NCBI GenBank assembly: GCA_964016885.1
Contig: OZ024743.1
Coordinates: 205,840,001-205,904,000 of the forward strand
DNA from: Eledone cirrhosa
Lineage: Eukaryota
Reading direction: 5' to 3'
DNA: 64,000 bases
Shown here: positions 1 through 12,382 of the stretch, one piece after another
Position numbering within the stretch: the first letter of the stretch is position 1
Layout: every line of letters begins with the position of its first letter
Translations under genes and position numbers: made by a program
Notes under the pieces: model-generated
Told to the model about the DNA's origin: nothing
What the model saw: the letters and a program-made list of their open reading frames with translations, nothing else
The model's database searches: none

Positions 1-1137
1 CCCCCTGATTTTTTTCACAAATTATCTCCCCCTGATTTTTTTTACAAATTATCTCCCCTGATTTGAAAAAAAAAATTATCTCCCCTTGGACGGCTGGAAA
101 TTATCTCCCCTTGACGGCTATAAATTATCTCTCCTTCGACGGCTGTAAATTATCTCCCCTTGATTTTTTTACAAATTATCTCCCCCTGATTTTTTTTTAC
201 CAATCTACCCCTGATTTTAAAAAAAAATTATCTCCCCTTCGCTGGCTGGAAATTATCTCCCCTTGGACGGCTGGAAATTATCTCCCCTTGGAAGGATGGA
301 AATTATCTCCCCTTGGACGGCTGGAAATTATCTCCCCTTGCACGGCTGGAAATTATCTCCCCTTGGACGGCTAGAAATTACCTCTCCTTGGACGGCTGAA
401 AATTATCTCCCCTTGGACGGCTGGAAATTATCTCCCCCTGATTTTTTTTAAAAATTATCTCCCCTTGCACGGCTGGAAATTATCTCCCCTTGGACGGCTG
501 GAAATTATCTCCCCTTGGACGCCTAGAAATTACCTCTCCTTGGACAGCTGTAAATTATCTCCCCTTGGACGGCTGGAAATTATCTCCCCTTGGAAGGATG
601 GAAATTATCTCCCCTTGGACGGCTGGAAATTATCTCCCCTTGCACTGCTGGAAATTATCTCCCCTTGGACGGCTGGAAATTATCTGCCCTTGATTTTGTT
701 TTTACAAATTATCTTCCCCTGATTTTTTTTACAAATTATCCGCCTGATTTTTTTAAATATTATCTTCCCTTGGCTGGCGGGAAATTATCTCCCCTTGGAC
801 GCCTGGAAATTATCTCCCCTTGGAAGGATGGAAATTATCTCCCCTTGGACGGCTGGAAATTATCTCCCCTTGCACTGCTGGAAATTATCTCCCCTTGGAC
901 GGCTGGAAATTATCTGCCCTTGATTTTGTTTTTACAAATTATCTTCCCCTGATTTTTTTTACAAATTATCTCCACCTGATTTTTTAAAAAATTATCTCCC
1001 CTTGGACGGCTGGAAATTATCTCCCCTTGGCTGGAAATTATCTCCCCTTGGACGGCTAGAAATTATCTCTCTTTGGACGGCTGTAAATTATCTCCCCTTG
1101 ATTTTTTTTACAAATTATCTCCCCCTGATTTTTTTTA
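1..1137 (+). repeat. Block duplicated at about 6312-7448 (offset 6311 bp)
   Basis: ORF pairs 63/6374, 465/6776, 490/6801, 590/6901 and 1002/7313 all differ by 6311. Shared rare variants include TTGACGGCTATA and AAATTATCCGCCTG. Confidence 0.9.
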
Positions 1138-4100
1138 CAAATTATCTCCGCCTGATTTTTTTTTTACAAATTATCTCCCCCTGATTTTTTTACAAATTAT
1201 CTCCCCCTAATTTATTTTACAAATTATCTCCGCCTGATTTTTTTAAATATTATCTTCCCTTGGCTGGCGGGAAATAATCTCCCCTTGGACGGCTGGAAAT
1301 TATCTCCCCTTGGAAGGATGGAAATTATCTTCCCTTGGACGGCTGGAAATTATCTCCCCTTGCACGGCTGGAAATTATCTCACCTTGGACGGCTGGAAAT
1401 TATCTCCCCTTCGCTGGAAATTATCTCCCCTTGGATGGCTAGAAATTATCTCTCTTTGGACGGCTGGAAATTATCTCCCCTTGATTCTTTTTACAAATTA
1501 TCTCCCCCTGATTTTTTTTACAAATCTCCCAGTGATTTTAAAAAAAAAATTATCTCCCTTTCGCTGGCTGGAAATTATCTCCCCTTGGACGCTGGAAATT
1601 ATAGCCCCTTGGAGGGCTGGAAATTATCTTCCCTTGGACGGCTGGAAATTATCTCCCCTTGATTTTTTTTACATATTATCTCCCCCTGATTTTTTTTACA
1701 ACTTATCTCCGCCTGATTTTTTTAAAAAAATTATCTCCCCTTGGACGGCTGGAAATTATCTCCCCTTGGACGGCTGGAAATTATCTCTCCTTGGACGGCT
1801 AGAAATTACCTCTCCTTGGACGGCTGAAAATTATCTCCCCTTGGACGGCTGGAAATTATCTCCCCTTGATTTTTTTTACAAATTATCTCCCCCTGATTTT
1901 TTTTTACAAATTATCTCCCCCTGATTTTTTTTACAAATTATATTCCCTTGGCTGGCTGGAAATTATCTCCCCTTGGAGGCTGGAATTTATCTCCCCTTGG
2001 ACGGCTAGAAATTACCTCTCCTTGGACGGCTGGAAATTATGTCTCCTTGGACGGCTGGAAATTATCTCCCCTTGGACGGCTGGAAATTATCTCCCCTTGG
2101 ACGGCTGGAAATTATCTCCCCTTGATTTTGTATACAAATTATCTCCCCCTGATATTTTTTTACAAATTATCTTCCCCTGATTATTTTTTACAAATTAGCT
2201 CCGCCTGATTTTTTTTAAAAATTATCTCCCCTTGGACGGCTGGAAATTATCTCCCCTTGGACGGCTGGAAATTATCTCCCCTTGAACGGCTAGAAATTAC
2301 CTGTCCTTGGACGGCTGAAAATTATCTCCCCTTGGCTGGAAATTATCTCCCCTTGGACGGCTAGAAATTATCTCTCTTTGGACGGCTGGAACTTATCTCC
2401 CCTTGATTTTTTTACAAATTATCTCCCCCAGATTTTTTTTACAAATCTCCCAGTGATTTTTTTAAAAAAATTATCTCCCCTCCGCTGGCTGGAAATTATC
2501 TCCCCTTGGACGCTGGAAATTATAGCCCCTTGGAGGGCTGGAAGTTATCTTCGCTTCGAGGGCTGGAAATTATCTTCCCTTGGACGGCTAGAAATTATCT
2601 CCCCTTGATTTTTTTTACAAATTATCTCCCCCTGATTTTTTTTTTACAAATTATCTCCGCCTGATTTTTTTTTAAAATTATCTCCCCTTGGACGGCTGGA
2701 AATTATCTCCCCTTGGACGGCTGGAAATTATCTCCCCTTGGACGGCTAGAAATTACGTCTCCTTGGACGGCTGAAAATTATCTCCCCTTGGACGGCTGGA
2801 AATTATCTCCCCTTGATTTTTTTTTACAAATTGTCTCCCCCTGATTTTTTTTTACAAATTATCTACCCCTGATTTTTTTTTACAAATTATCTCCCCCTGA
2901 TTTTTTTTACAAATTATCTCCCCATGATTTTTTTTTACAAATTATCTCCCCCTGATTTTTTTTACAAATCTCCCCCTAATTTAAAAAAAAATTATCTCCC
3001 CTTCGCTGGCTGGAAATTATCTCCCTTTGGACGGCTGGAAATTATAGCTGCTTGTAGGGCTGGAAATTATCTCCCCTTGGACGGCTGGAAATTATCTCCC
3101 CTTGATTTTTTTTACTAATTATCTCCCCTGATATTTTTTTACAAATATCTCCCCTTGGCTGCCTGGAAATTATCTCCCATTGGCAGGCTGGAAATGATCT
3201 CCCCTTGGACGGCTGGAAATTATCTCCCCTTGGACGCCTAGAAATTACCTCTCCTTGGACAGCTGTAAATTATCTCCCCTTGGACGGCTGGAAATTATCT
3301 CCCCTTGATTTTGTATACAAATTATCTCCCCCTGATTTTTTTTTACAAATTATCTGCCCCTGATTATTTTTTTACAAATTAGCTCCGCCTGATTTTTTTT
3401 TTAAATTATCTCCACTTGGACGGCTGGAAATTATCTCCCCTTGGACGGCTGGAAATTATCTCCCCTTGAACGGCTAGAAATTACCTCTCCTTGGACGGCT
3501 GAAAATTATCTCCCCTTGGACGGCTGGAAATTATCGCCCCCTGATTTTTTTTAACAAATTATCTCCACCTGATTTTTTTTACAAATCATCTCCGCCTGAT
3601 TTTTTAAAGAAATTATCTCCCTTGGCTTGCTGGAAATTATCTCCCCTTGGACGGCTATAAATTATCTCTCCTTCGACGGCAGGAAATTATCTCCCCTTGA
3701 TTTTTTTACAAATTATCTCCCCCTGATTTTTTTTTACCAATCTACCCCTGATTTAAAAAAAAAAATTATCTCCCCTTCGCTGGCTGGAAATTATCTCCCC
3801 TTGGACGGCTGGAAATTATCTCCCCTTGGAAGGATGGAAATTATCTCCCCTTGGACGGCTGGAAATTATCTCCCCTTGCACGGCTGGAAATTATCTCCCC
3901 TTGGACGGCTAGAAATTGCCTCTCCTTGAACGGCTGAAAATTATCTCCCCTTGGACGGCTGGAAATTATCTCCCCCTGATTTTTTTTACAAATTATCTCC
4001 CCTTGCACGGCTGGAAATTATCTCCCCTTGGACGGCTGGAAATTATCTGCCCTTGATTTTGTTTTTACAAATTATCTCCCCCTGATTTTTTTTACAAATT

Positions 4101-4542
4101 ATCTCCACCTGATATTTAAAAAAATTATCTCCCCTTGGACGGCTGGAAATTATCTCCCCTTGGCTGGAAATTATCTCCCCTTTGACGGCTAGAAATTATC
4201 TCTCTTTGGACGGCTGGAAATTATCTCCCCTTGATTCTTTTTACAAATTATCTCCCCCTGATTTTTTTTACAAATCTCCCAGTGATTTTTAAAAAAAAAT
4301 TATCTCCCCTTCGCTGGCTGGAAATTATCTCCCCTTGGACGCTGGAAATTATAGCCCCTTGGAGGCTGGAAATTATCTTCCCTTGGACGGCTGGAAATTA
4401 TCTCCCCTTGATTTTTTTACAAATTATCTCCCCCTGATTTTTTTTTACAAATTATCTCCCCCTGATTTTTTTTTACAAATTATCTCCCCCTGATTTTTTT
4501 TACAAATTATCTCCCCCTGATTTTTTTACAAATTATCTCCCC

Positions 4543-4845
4543 TTGGCTGGCTGGAAATTATCTCCCCTTGGAGGCTGGAATTTATCTCCCCTTGGACGGC
4601 TGGAAATTATCTCCCCTTGGACGGCTAGAAATTACCTCTCCTTGGACGGCTGGAAATTATCTCCCCTTGAACGGCTGGAAATTATCTCCCCTTGGACGGC
4701 TGGAAATTATCTCCCCTTGGACGGCTGGAAATTATCTCCCCTTGGACGGCTAGAAATTACCTCTCCTTGGACGGCTGGAAATTATCTCCCCTTGGACGGC
4801 TGGAAATTATCTCCCCTTGGACGGCTGGAAATTATTTCCCCTTGA
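4543..4845 (+). repeat. Example of a long pure run of 25-bp unit A (about 12 copies)
   Basis: Consecutive TTGGACGGCTGGAAATTATCTCCCC units with no T-tract unit. Related runs lie at 7982-8284, 32792-33094, 35422-35724, 48636-48938 and 51192-51494. Confidence 0.95.
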
Positions 4846-6320
4846 TTTTTATTACAAATCATCTCCCCCTGATTTTTTTTACAAATCTCCCCCTAATTAA
4901 AAAAAAAATTAGCTCCCCTTCGCTGGCTGGAAATTATCTCCCTTTGGACGGCTGGAAATTATAGCTGCTTGTAGGGCTGGAAATTATCTCCCCTTGGACG
5001 GCTGGAAATTATCTCCCCTTGATTTTTTTTTACTAATTATCTCCCCCTGATTTTTTTTTACAAATATCTCCCCTTGGCTGCCTGGAAATTATCTCCCCTT
5101 GGCAGGCTGGAAATGATCTCCCCTTGGACGGCTGGAAATTATCTCCCCTTGGACGCCTAGAAATTACCTCTCCTTGGACAGCTGTAAATTATCTCCCCTT
5201 GGACGGCTGGAAATTATCTCGCCTTGGACGGCTGGAAATTATCTCTCCTTGATTTTGTATACAAATTATCTCCCCCTGATTTTTTTTTACAAATTATCTG
5301 CCCCTGATTATTTTTTTACAAATTAGCTCCGCCTGATTTTTTTTTAAAATTATCTCCCCTTGGACGGCTGGAAATTATCTCCCCTTGGACGGCTGGAAAT
5401 TATCTCCCCTTGAACGGCTAGAAATTACCTCTCCTTGGACGGCTGAAAATTATCTCCCCTTGGACGGCTGGAAATTATCGCCCCCTGATTTTTTTTAACA
5501 AATTATCTCCACCTGATTTTTTTTACAAATCATCTCCGCCTGATTTTTTTAAGAAATTATCTCCCTTGGCTTGCTGGAAATTATCTTCCCTTGGACGGCT
5601 AGAAATTACCTCTCCTTGGACGGCTGGAAATTATGTCTCCTTGGACGGCTGGAAATTATCTCCACTTGGACGGCTGGAAATTATCTCCCCTTGGACGGCT
5701 GGAAATTATCTCCCCTTGGACGGCTAGATATTACCTCTCCTTGGACGGCTGGAAATTATCTGCCCTTGGACGGCTGGAAATTATCTCCTCTTGGACGGCT
5801 GGAAATTATTTCCCCTTGATTTTTTTTACAGATTATCTCCCCCTGATTTTTTTTTACAAATCTCCCCCTAATTTAAAAAAAAATTATCTCCCCTTCGCTG
5901 GCTGGAAATTATCTTCCTTTGGACGGCTGGAAATTATAGCCGCTTGTAGGGCTGGAAATTATCTCCCCTTGGACGGCTGGAAATTATCTCCCCTTGATTT
6001 TTTTTACTAATTATCTTACCCTGAATTTTTTTTACAAATTATCTCCGCCTGATTTTTTAAAAAAAATTATCTCCCCTTGGCTGGATGGAAATTATCTCCC
6101 CTTGGACGGCTGGAAATTATCTCCCCTTGATTTCTTCTACAAAGTATCTACCCCTGATTTTTTTTTTACAAATTATTTCTCCCTGATTTTTTTTTACAAA
6201 TATCTCCCCTTGGCTGGCTGGAAATTACCTCCCCTTGGCTGGCTGGAAATTATCTCCCCCTGATATTTTTTTACAAATTAGCTCCCCCTGATTTTTTTTT
6301 ACAAATTATCTCCCCCTGAT
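4660..6320 (+). repeat. Dispersed block copy, repeated at about 27670-29330 and 43570-45230
   Basis: ORF pairs 4692/27704, 5571/28583, 5633/28645 and 5994/29006 have offset 23012. Shared variants include TTACAGATTATC and CTTACCCTGAATTT. Confidence 0.85.
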
Positions 6321-7049
6321 TTTTTTCACAAATTATCTCCCCCTGATTTTTTTTACAAATTATCTCCCCTGATTTGAAAAAAAAAATTATCTCCCCTTGG
6401 ACGGCTGGAAATTATCTCCCCTTGACGGCTATAAATTATCTCTCCTTCGACGGCTGTAAATTATCTCCCCTTGATTTTTTTACAAATTATCTCCCCCTGA
6501 TTTTTTTTTACCAATCTACCCCTGATTTAAAAAAAAAATTATCTCCCCTTCGCTGGCTGGAAATTATCTCCCCTTGGACGGCTGGAAATTATCTCCCCTT
6601 GGAAGGATGGAAATTATCTCCCCTTGGACGGCTGGAAATTATCTCCCCTTGCACGGCTGGAAATTATCTCCCCTTGGACGGCTAGAAATTACCTCTCCTT
6701 GGACGGCTGAAAATTATCTCCCCTTGGACGGCTGGAAATTATCTCCCCCTGATTTTTTTAAAAAATTATCTCCCCTTGCACGGCTGGAAATTATCTCCCC
6801 TTGGACGGCTGGAAATTATCTCCCCTTGGACGCCTAGAAATTACCTCTCCTTGGACAGCTGTAAATTATCTCCCCTTGGAAGGCTGGAAATTATCTCCCC
6901 TTGGAAGGATGGAAATTATCTCCCCTTGGACGGCTGGAAATTATCTCCCCTTGCACTGCTGGAAATTATCTCCCCTTGGACGGCTGGAAATTATCTGCCC
7001 TTGATTTTGTTTTTACAAATTATCTTCCCCTGATTTTTTTTACAAATTA

Positions 7050-8850
7050 TCCGCCTGATTTTTTTAAATATTATCTTCCCTTGGCTGGCGGGAAATTATC
7101 TCCCCTTGGACGCCTGGAAATTATCTCCCCTTGGAAGGATGGAAATTATCTCCCCTTGGACGGCTGGAAATTATCTCCCCTTGCACTGCTGGAAATTATC
7201 TCCCCTTGGACGGCTGGAAATTATCTGCCCTTGATTTTGTTTTTACAAATTATCTTCCCCTGATTTTTTTTACAAATTATCTCCACCTGATTTTTTAAAA
7301 AATTATCTCCCCTTGGACGGCTGGAAATTATCTCCCCTTGGCTGGAAATTATCTCCCCTTGGACGGCTAGAAATTATCTCTCTTTGGACGGCTGTAAATT
7401 ATCTCCCCTTGATTTTTTTTACAAATTATCTCCCCCTGATTTTTTTTACAAATCTCCCAGTGATTTTTTTAAAAAATTATCTCCCCTTCGCTGGCTGGAA
7501 ATTATCTCCCCTTGGACGCTGGAAATTATAGCCCCTTGGAGGGCTGGAAGTTATCTTCCCTTGGAGGGCTGGAAATTATCTTCCCTTGGACGGCTGGAAA
7601 TTATCTCCCCTTGATTTTTTTTACAAATTATCTCCCACTGATTTTTTTTTACAAATTATCTCCCCCTGATTTTTTTTTACAAATTATCTCCGCCTGATTT
7701 TTTTAAAAATTATCTCCCCTTGGACGGCTGGAAATTATCTCCCCTTGGACGGCTGGAAATTATATCCCCTTGGACGGCTAGAAATTACCTCTCCTTGGAC
7801 GGCTGAAAATTATCTCCCCTTGGACGGCTGGAAATTATCTCCCCTTGATTTTTTTTACAAATTATCTCCCCCCTGATTTTTTTTACAAATTATCTCCCCC
7901 TGATTTTTTTTTACAAATTATCTCCCCCTGATTTTTTTTTACAAATTATCTCCCCCTGATTTTTTTACAAATTATCTCCCCTTGGCTGGCTGGAAATTAT
8001 CTCCCCTTGGAGGCTGGAATTTATCTCCCCTTGGAGGGCTGGAAATTATCTCCCCTTGGACGGCTAGAAATTACCTCTCCTTGGACGGCTGGAAATTATC
8101 TCCCCTTGAACGGCTGGAAATTATCTCCCCTTGGACGGCTGGAAATTATCTCCCCTTGAACGGCTGGAAATTATCTCCCCTTGGACGGCTAGAAATTACC
8201 TCTCCTTGGACGGCTGGAAATTATCTCCCCTTGGACGGCTGGAAATTATCTCCCCTTGGACGGCTGGAAATTATTTCCCCTTGATTTTTTTTACAAATTA
8301 TCTCCCCCTGATTTTTTTTACAAATATCCCCCTAATTTAAAAAAAAATTATCTCCCCTTCGCTGGCTGGAAATTATCTCCCTTTGGACGGCTGGAAATTA
8401 TAGCTGCTTGTCGAGCTAGAAATTATCTCCCCTTGGACGGCTGGAAATTATCTCCCCTTGATTTTTTTTACTAATTATCTCCCCCTGATTTTTTTTTACA
8501 AATTATCTCCGCCTGATTTTTTTTTTAAAATTATCTCCCCTTGGCTGGATGGAAATTTTCTCCCCTTGGACGGCTGGAAATTATCTCCCCTTGATGTCTT
8601 CTACAAATTATCTACCCCTGATTTTTTTTTTACAAATCATCTCTCCCTGATTTTTTTTACAAATATCTCCCCTTGGCTGGCTGGAAATTATCTCCCCTTG
8701 GCTGGCTGGAAATTATCTCCCCTTGGACGGCTGGAAATTATCTCCCCTTGGACGCCTAGAAATTACCTCTCCTTGGACAGCTGTAAATTATCTCCCCTTG
8801 GACGGCTGGAAATTCTCTCGCCTTGGACGGCTGGAAATTATCTCCCCTTG
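7050..8850 (+). repeat. Dispersed block copy, repeated at about 31860-33660 and 47710-49460
   Basis: ORF pairs 7384/32193, 7512/32321, 7982/32792 and 8458/33268 have offsets of 24809-24810. Shared variant CTCCCACTG. Confidence 0.85.
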
Positions 8851-11800
8851 ATTTTGTATACAAATTATCTCCCCCTGATTTTTTCTTACAAATTATCTGC
8901 CCCTGATTTTTTTTTTACAAATTAGCTCCGCCTGATTTTTTTTTTAAATTATCTCCCCTTGGACGGCTGGAAATTATCTCCCCTTGGACGGCTAGAAATT
9001 ATCTCCCCTTGGACGGCTAGAAATTACCTCTCCTTGGACGGCTGAAAATTATCTCCCCTTGTACGGCTGGAAATTATCTCCCCTTGATTTTGATTTTACA
9101 AATTATCTTCCCCTGATTTTTTTTACAAATTATCTCCACCTGATTTTTTAAAAAATTATCTCCCCTTGGACGGCTGGAAATTATCTCCCCTTGGCTGGAA
9201 ATTATCTCCCCTTGGACGATTAGAAATTATCTCTCTTTGGACGGCTGGAAATTATCTCCCCTTGGACGCTGGAAATTATAGCCCCTTGGAGGGCTGGAAG
9301 TTATCTTCGCTTGGAGGGCTGGAAATTATCTCCCCTTGATTTTTTTTGCAAATTATCTCCCCCTGATTTTTTTTTACAAATTATCTCCCCCTGATTTTTT
9401 TTTTACCAATTATCTCCACCTGATTTTTTTTTAAATTATCTCCCCTTGGACGGCTGGAAATTATCTCCCCTTGGACGGCTGGAAATTATCTCCCCTTGGA
9501 CGGCTAGAAATTACCTCTTCTTGGACGGCTGAAAATTATCTCCCCTTGGACGGCTGGAAATTATCTCCCCTTGATTTTGTATACAAATTATCTCCCCCTG
9601 ATTTTTTTTTACAAATTATCTCCCCCTGATTTTTTTTTACAAATTATCTCCCCCTGATTTTTTTTTACAAATTATCTCCTGATTTTTTTTACAAATTATC
9701 TCCCCTTGGCTGGCTGGAAATTATCTCCCCTTGGAGGCTGGAAATTATCTCCCCTTGGACGGCTAGAAATTACCTCTCCTTGGACGGCTGGAAATTATCT
9801 GCCCTTGGACGGCTGGAAATTATCTCTCCTTGGACGGCTGGAAATTATCTGCCCTTGGACGGCTGGAAATTATCTCCCCTTGGACGGCTGGAAATTATCT
9901 TCCTTTGGACGGTTGGAAATTATAGCCGCTTGTAGGGCTGGAAATTATCTCCCCTTGGACGGCTGGGAATTATCTCCCCTTGATTTTTTTACTAATTATC
10001 TCACCCTGATTTTTTTTTACAAATTATCTCCGCCTCATTTTTTAAAAAAAATTATCTCCCCTTGGCTGGATGGAAATTATCTCCCCTTGGACGGCTGGAA
10101 ATTATCTCCCCTTGGAAGGATAGAAATTATCTCCCCTTGGACGGCTGGAAATTATCTCCCCTTGCACGGCTGGAAATTATCTCCCCTTGGACGGCTAGAA
10201 ATTACCTCTCCTTGGACGGCTGAAAATTATCTCCCCTTGGACGGCTAGAAATTACCTCTCCTTGGACGGCTGGAAATTATCTCCCCTTGGACGGCTGGAA
10301 ATTATCTCCCCTTGGACGGCTGGAAATCATTTCCCCTTGATTTTTTTTACAAATTATCTCCCCCTGATTTTTTTTACAAATATCCCCCTAATTTAAAAAA
10401 AAATTATCTCCCCTTCGCTGGCTGGAAATTATCTCCCTTTGGACGGCTGGAAATTATAGCTGCTTGTCGAGCTAGAAATTATCTCCCCTTGGACGGCTGG
10501 AAATTATCTCCCCTTGATTTTTTTTACTAATTATCTCCCCCTGATTTTTTTTTACAAATTATCTCCGCCTGATTTTTTTTTTAAAATTATCTCCCCTTGG
10601 CTGGATGGAAATTTTCTCCCCTTGGACGGCTGGAAATTATCTCCCCTTGATGTCTTCTACAAATTATCTACCCCTGATTTTTTTTTTACAAATCATCTCT
10701 CCCTGATTTTTTTTACAAATATCTCCCCTTGGCTGGCTGGAAATTATCTCCCCTTGGCTGGCTGGAAATTATCTCCCCTTGGACGGCTGGAAATTATCTC
10801 CCCTTGGACGCCTAGAAATTACCTCTCCTTGGACAGCTGTAAATTATCTCCCCTTGGACGGCTGGAAATTCTCTCGCCTTGGACGGCTGGAAATTATCTC
10901 CCCTTGATTTTGTATACAAATTATCTCCACCTGATTTTTTCTTACAAATTATCTGCCCCTGATTTTTTTTTTACAAATTAGCTCCGCCTGATTTTTTTTT
11001 AAAATTATCTCCCCTTGGACGGCTGGAAATTATCTCCCCTTGGACGGCTAGAAATTATCTCCCCTTGGACGGCTAGAAATTACCTCTCCTTGGACGGCTG
11101 AAAATTATCTCCCCTTGGACGGCTGGAAATTATCTCCCCTTGATTTTGATTTTACAAATTATCTTCCCCTGATTTTTTTTACAAATTATCTCCACCTGAT
11201 TTTTTAAAAAATTATCTCCCCTTGGACGGCTGGAAATTATCTCCCCTTGGCTGGAAATTATCTCCCCTTGGACGATTAGAAATTATCTCTCTTTGGACGG
11301 CTGGAAATTATCTCCCCTTGGACGCTGGAAATTATAGCCCCTTGGAGGGCTGGAAGTTATCTTCGCTTGGAGGGCTGGAAATTATCTCCCCTTGATTTTT
11401 TTTGCAAATTATCTCCCCCTGATTTTTTTTTACAAATTATCTCCCCCTGATTTTTTTTTTACCAATTATCTCCACCTGATTTTTTTTTAAATTATCTCCC
11501 CTTGGACGGCTGGAAATTATCTCCCCTTGGACGGCTGGAAATTATCTCCCCTTGGACGGCTAGAAATTACCTCTTCTTGGACGGCTGAAAATTATCTCCC
11601 CTTGGACGGCTGGAAATTATCTCCCCTTGATTTTGTATACAAATTATCTCCCCCTGATTTTTTTTTACAAATTATCTCCCCCTGATTTTTTTTTACAAAT
11701 TATCTCCCCCTGATTTTTTTTTACAAATTATCTCCTGATTTTTTTTACAAATTATCTCCCCTTGGCTGGCTGGAAATTATCTCCCCTTGGAGGCTGGAAA

Positions 11801-12382
11801 TTATCTCCCCTTGGACGGCTAGAAATTACCTCTCCTTGGACGGCTGGAAATTATCTGCCCTTGGACGGCTGGAAATTATCTCTCCTTGGACGGCTGGAAA
11901 TTATCTGCCCTTGGACGGCTGGAAATTATCTCCCCTTGGACGGCTGGAAATTATTTCCCCTTGATTTTTTTTACAAATTATCTCCCCCTGATTTTTTTTT
12001 ACAAATCTCCCCCTAATTTAAAAAAAAATTATCTCCCCTTCGCTGGCTGGAAATTATCTTCCTTTGGACGGTTGGAAATTATAGCCGCTTGTAGGGCTGG
12101 AAATTATCTCCCCTTGGACGGCTGGGAATTATCTCCCCTTGATTTTTTTACTAATTATCTCACCCTGATTTTTTTTTACAAATTATCTCCGCCTCATTTT
12201 TTAAAAAAAATTATCTCCCCTTGGCTGGATGGAAATTATCTCCCCTTGGACGGCTGGAAATTATCTCCCCTTGGAAGGATAGAAATTATCTCCCCTTGGA
12301 CGGCTGGAAATTATCTCCCCTTGCACGGCTGGAAATTATCTCCCCTTGGACGGCTAGAAATTACCTCTCCTTGGACGGCTGA
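8168..12382 (+). repeat. Tandem duplication with a ~2.06-kb unit (about 8168-10223 and 10224-12382)
   Basis: ORF pairs 8256/10312, 8458/10514 and 9706/11762 differ by 2056. Shared variants include GACGATTAGA and TTGTCGAGCTAG. The offset becomes 2159 after ~9895 because copy 1 lacks 103 bp. Confidence 0.92.

Noticed and set aside
771-782. Chi-like sequence GCTGGCGG / GCTGGCTGG
   Set aside because: It is not the exact E. coli Chi (GCTGGTGG). It is a simple variant of the unit A spacer, and nothing indicates a RecBCD context.
1090-1250. Intrinsic terminators or Pol III units suggested by the T-tracts
   Set aside because: No GC-rich hairpin precedes the T runs, and there are no A/B boxes or genes. 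The tracts are simply part of unit B.
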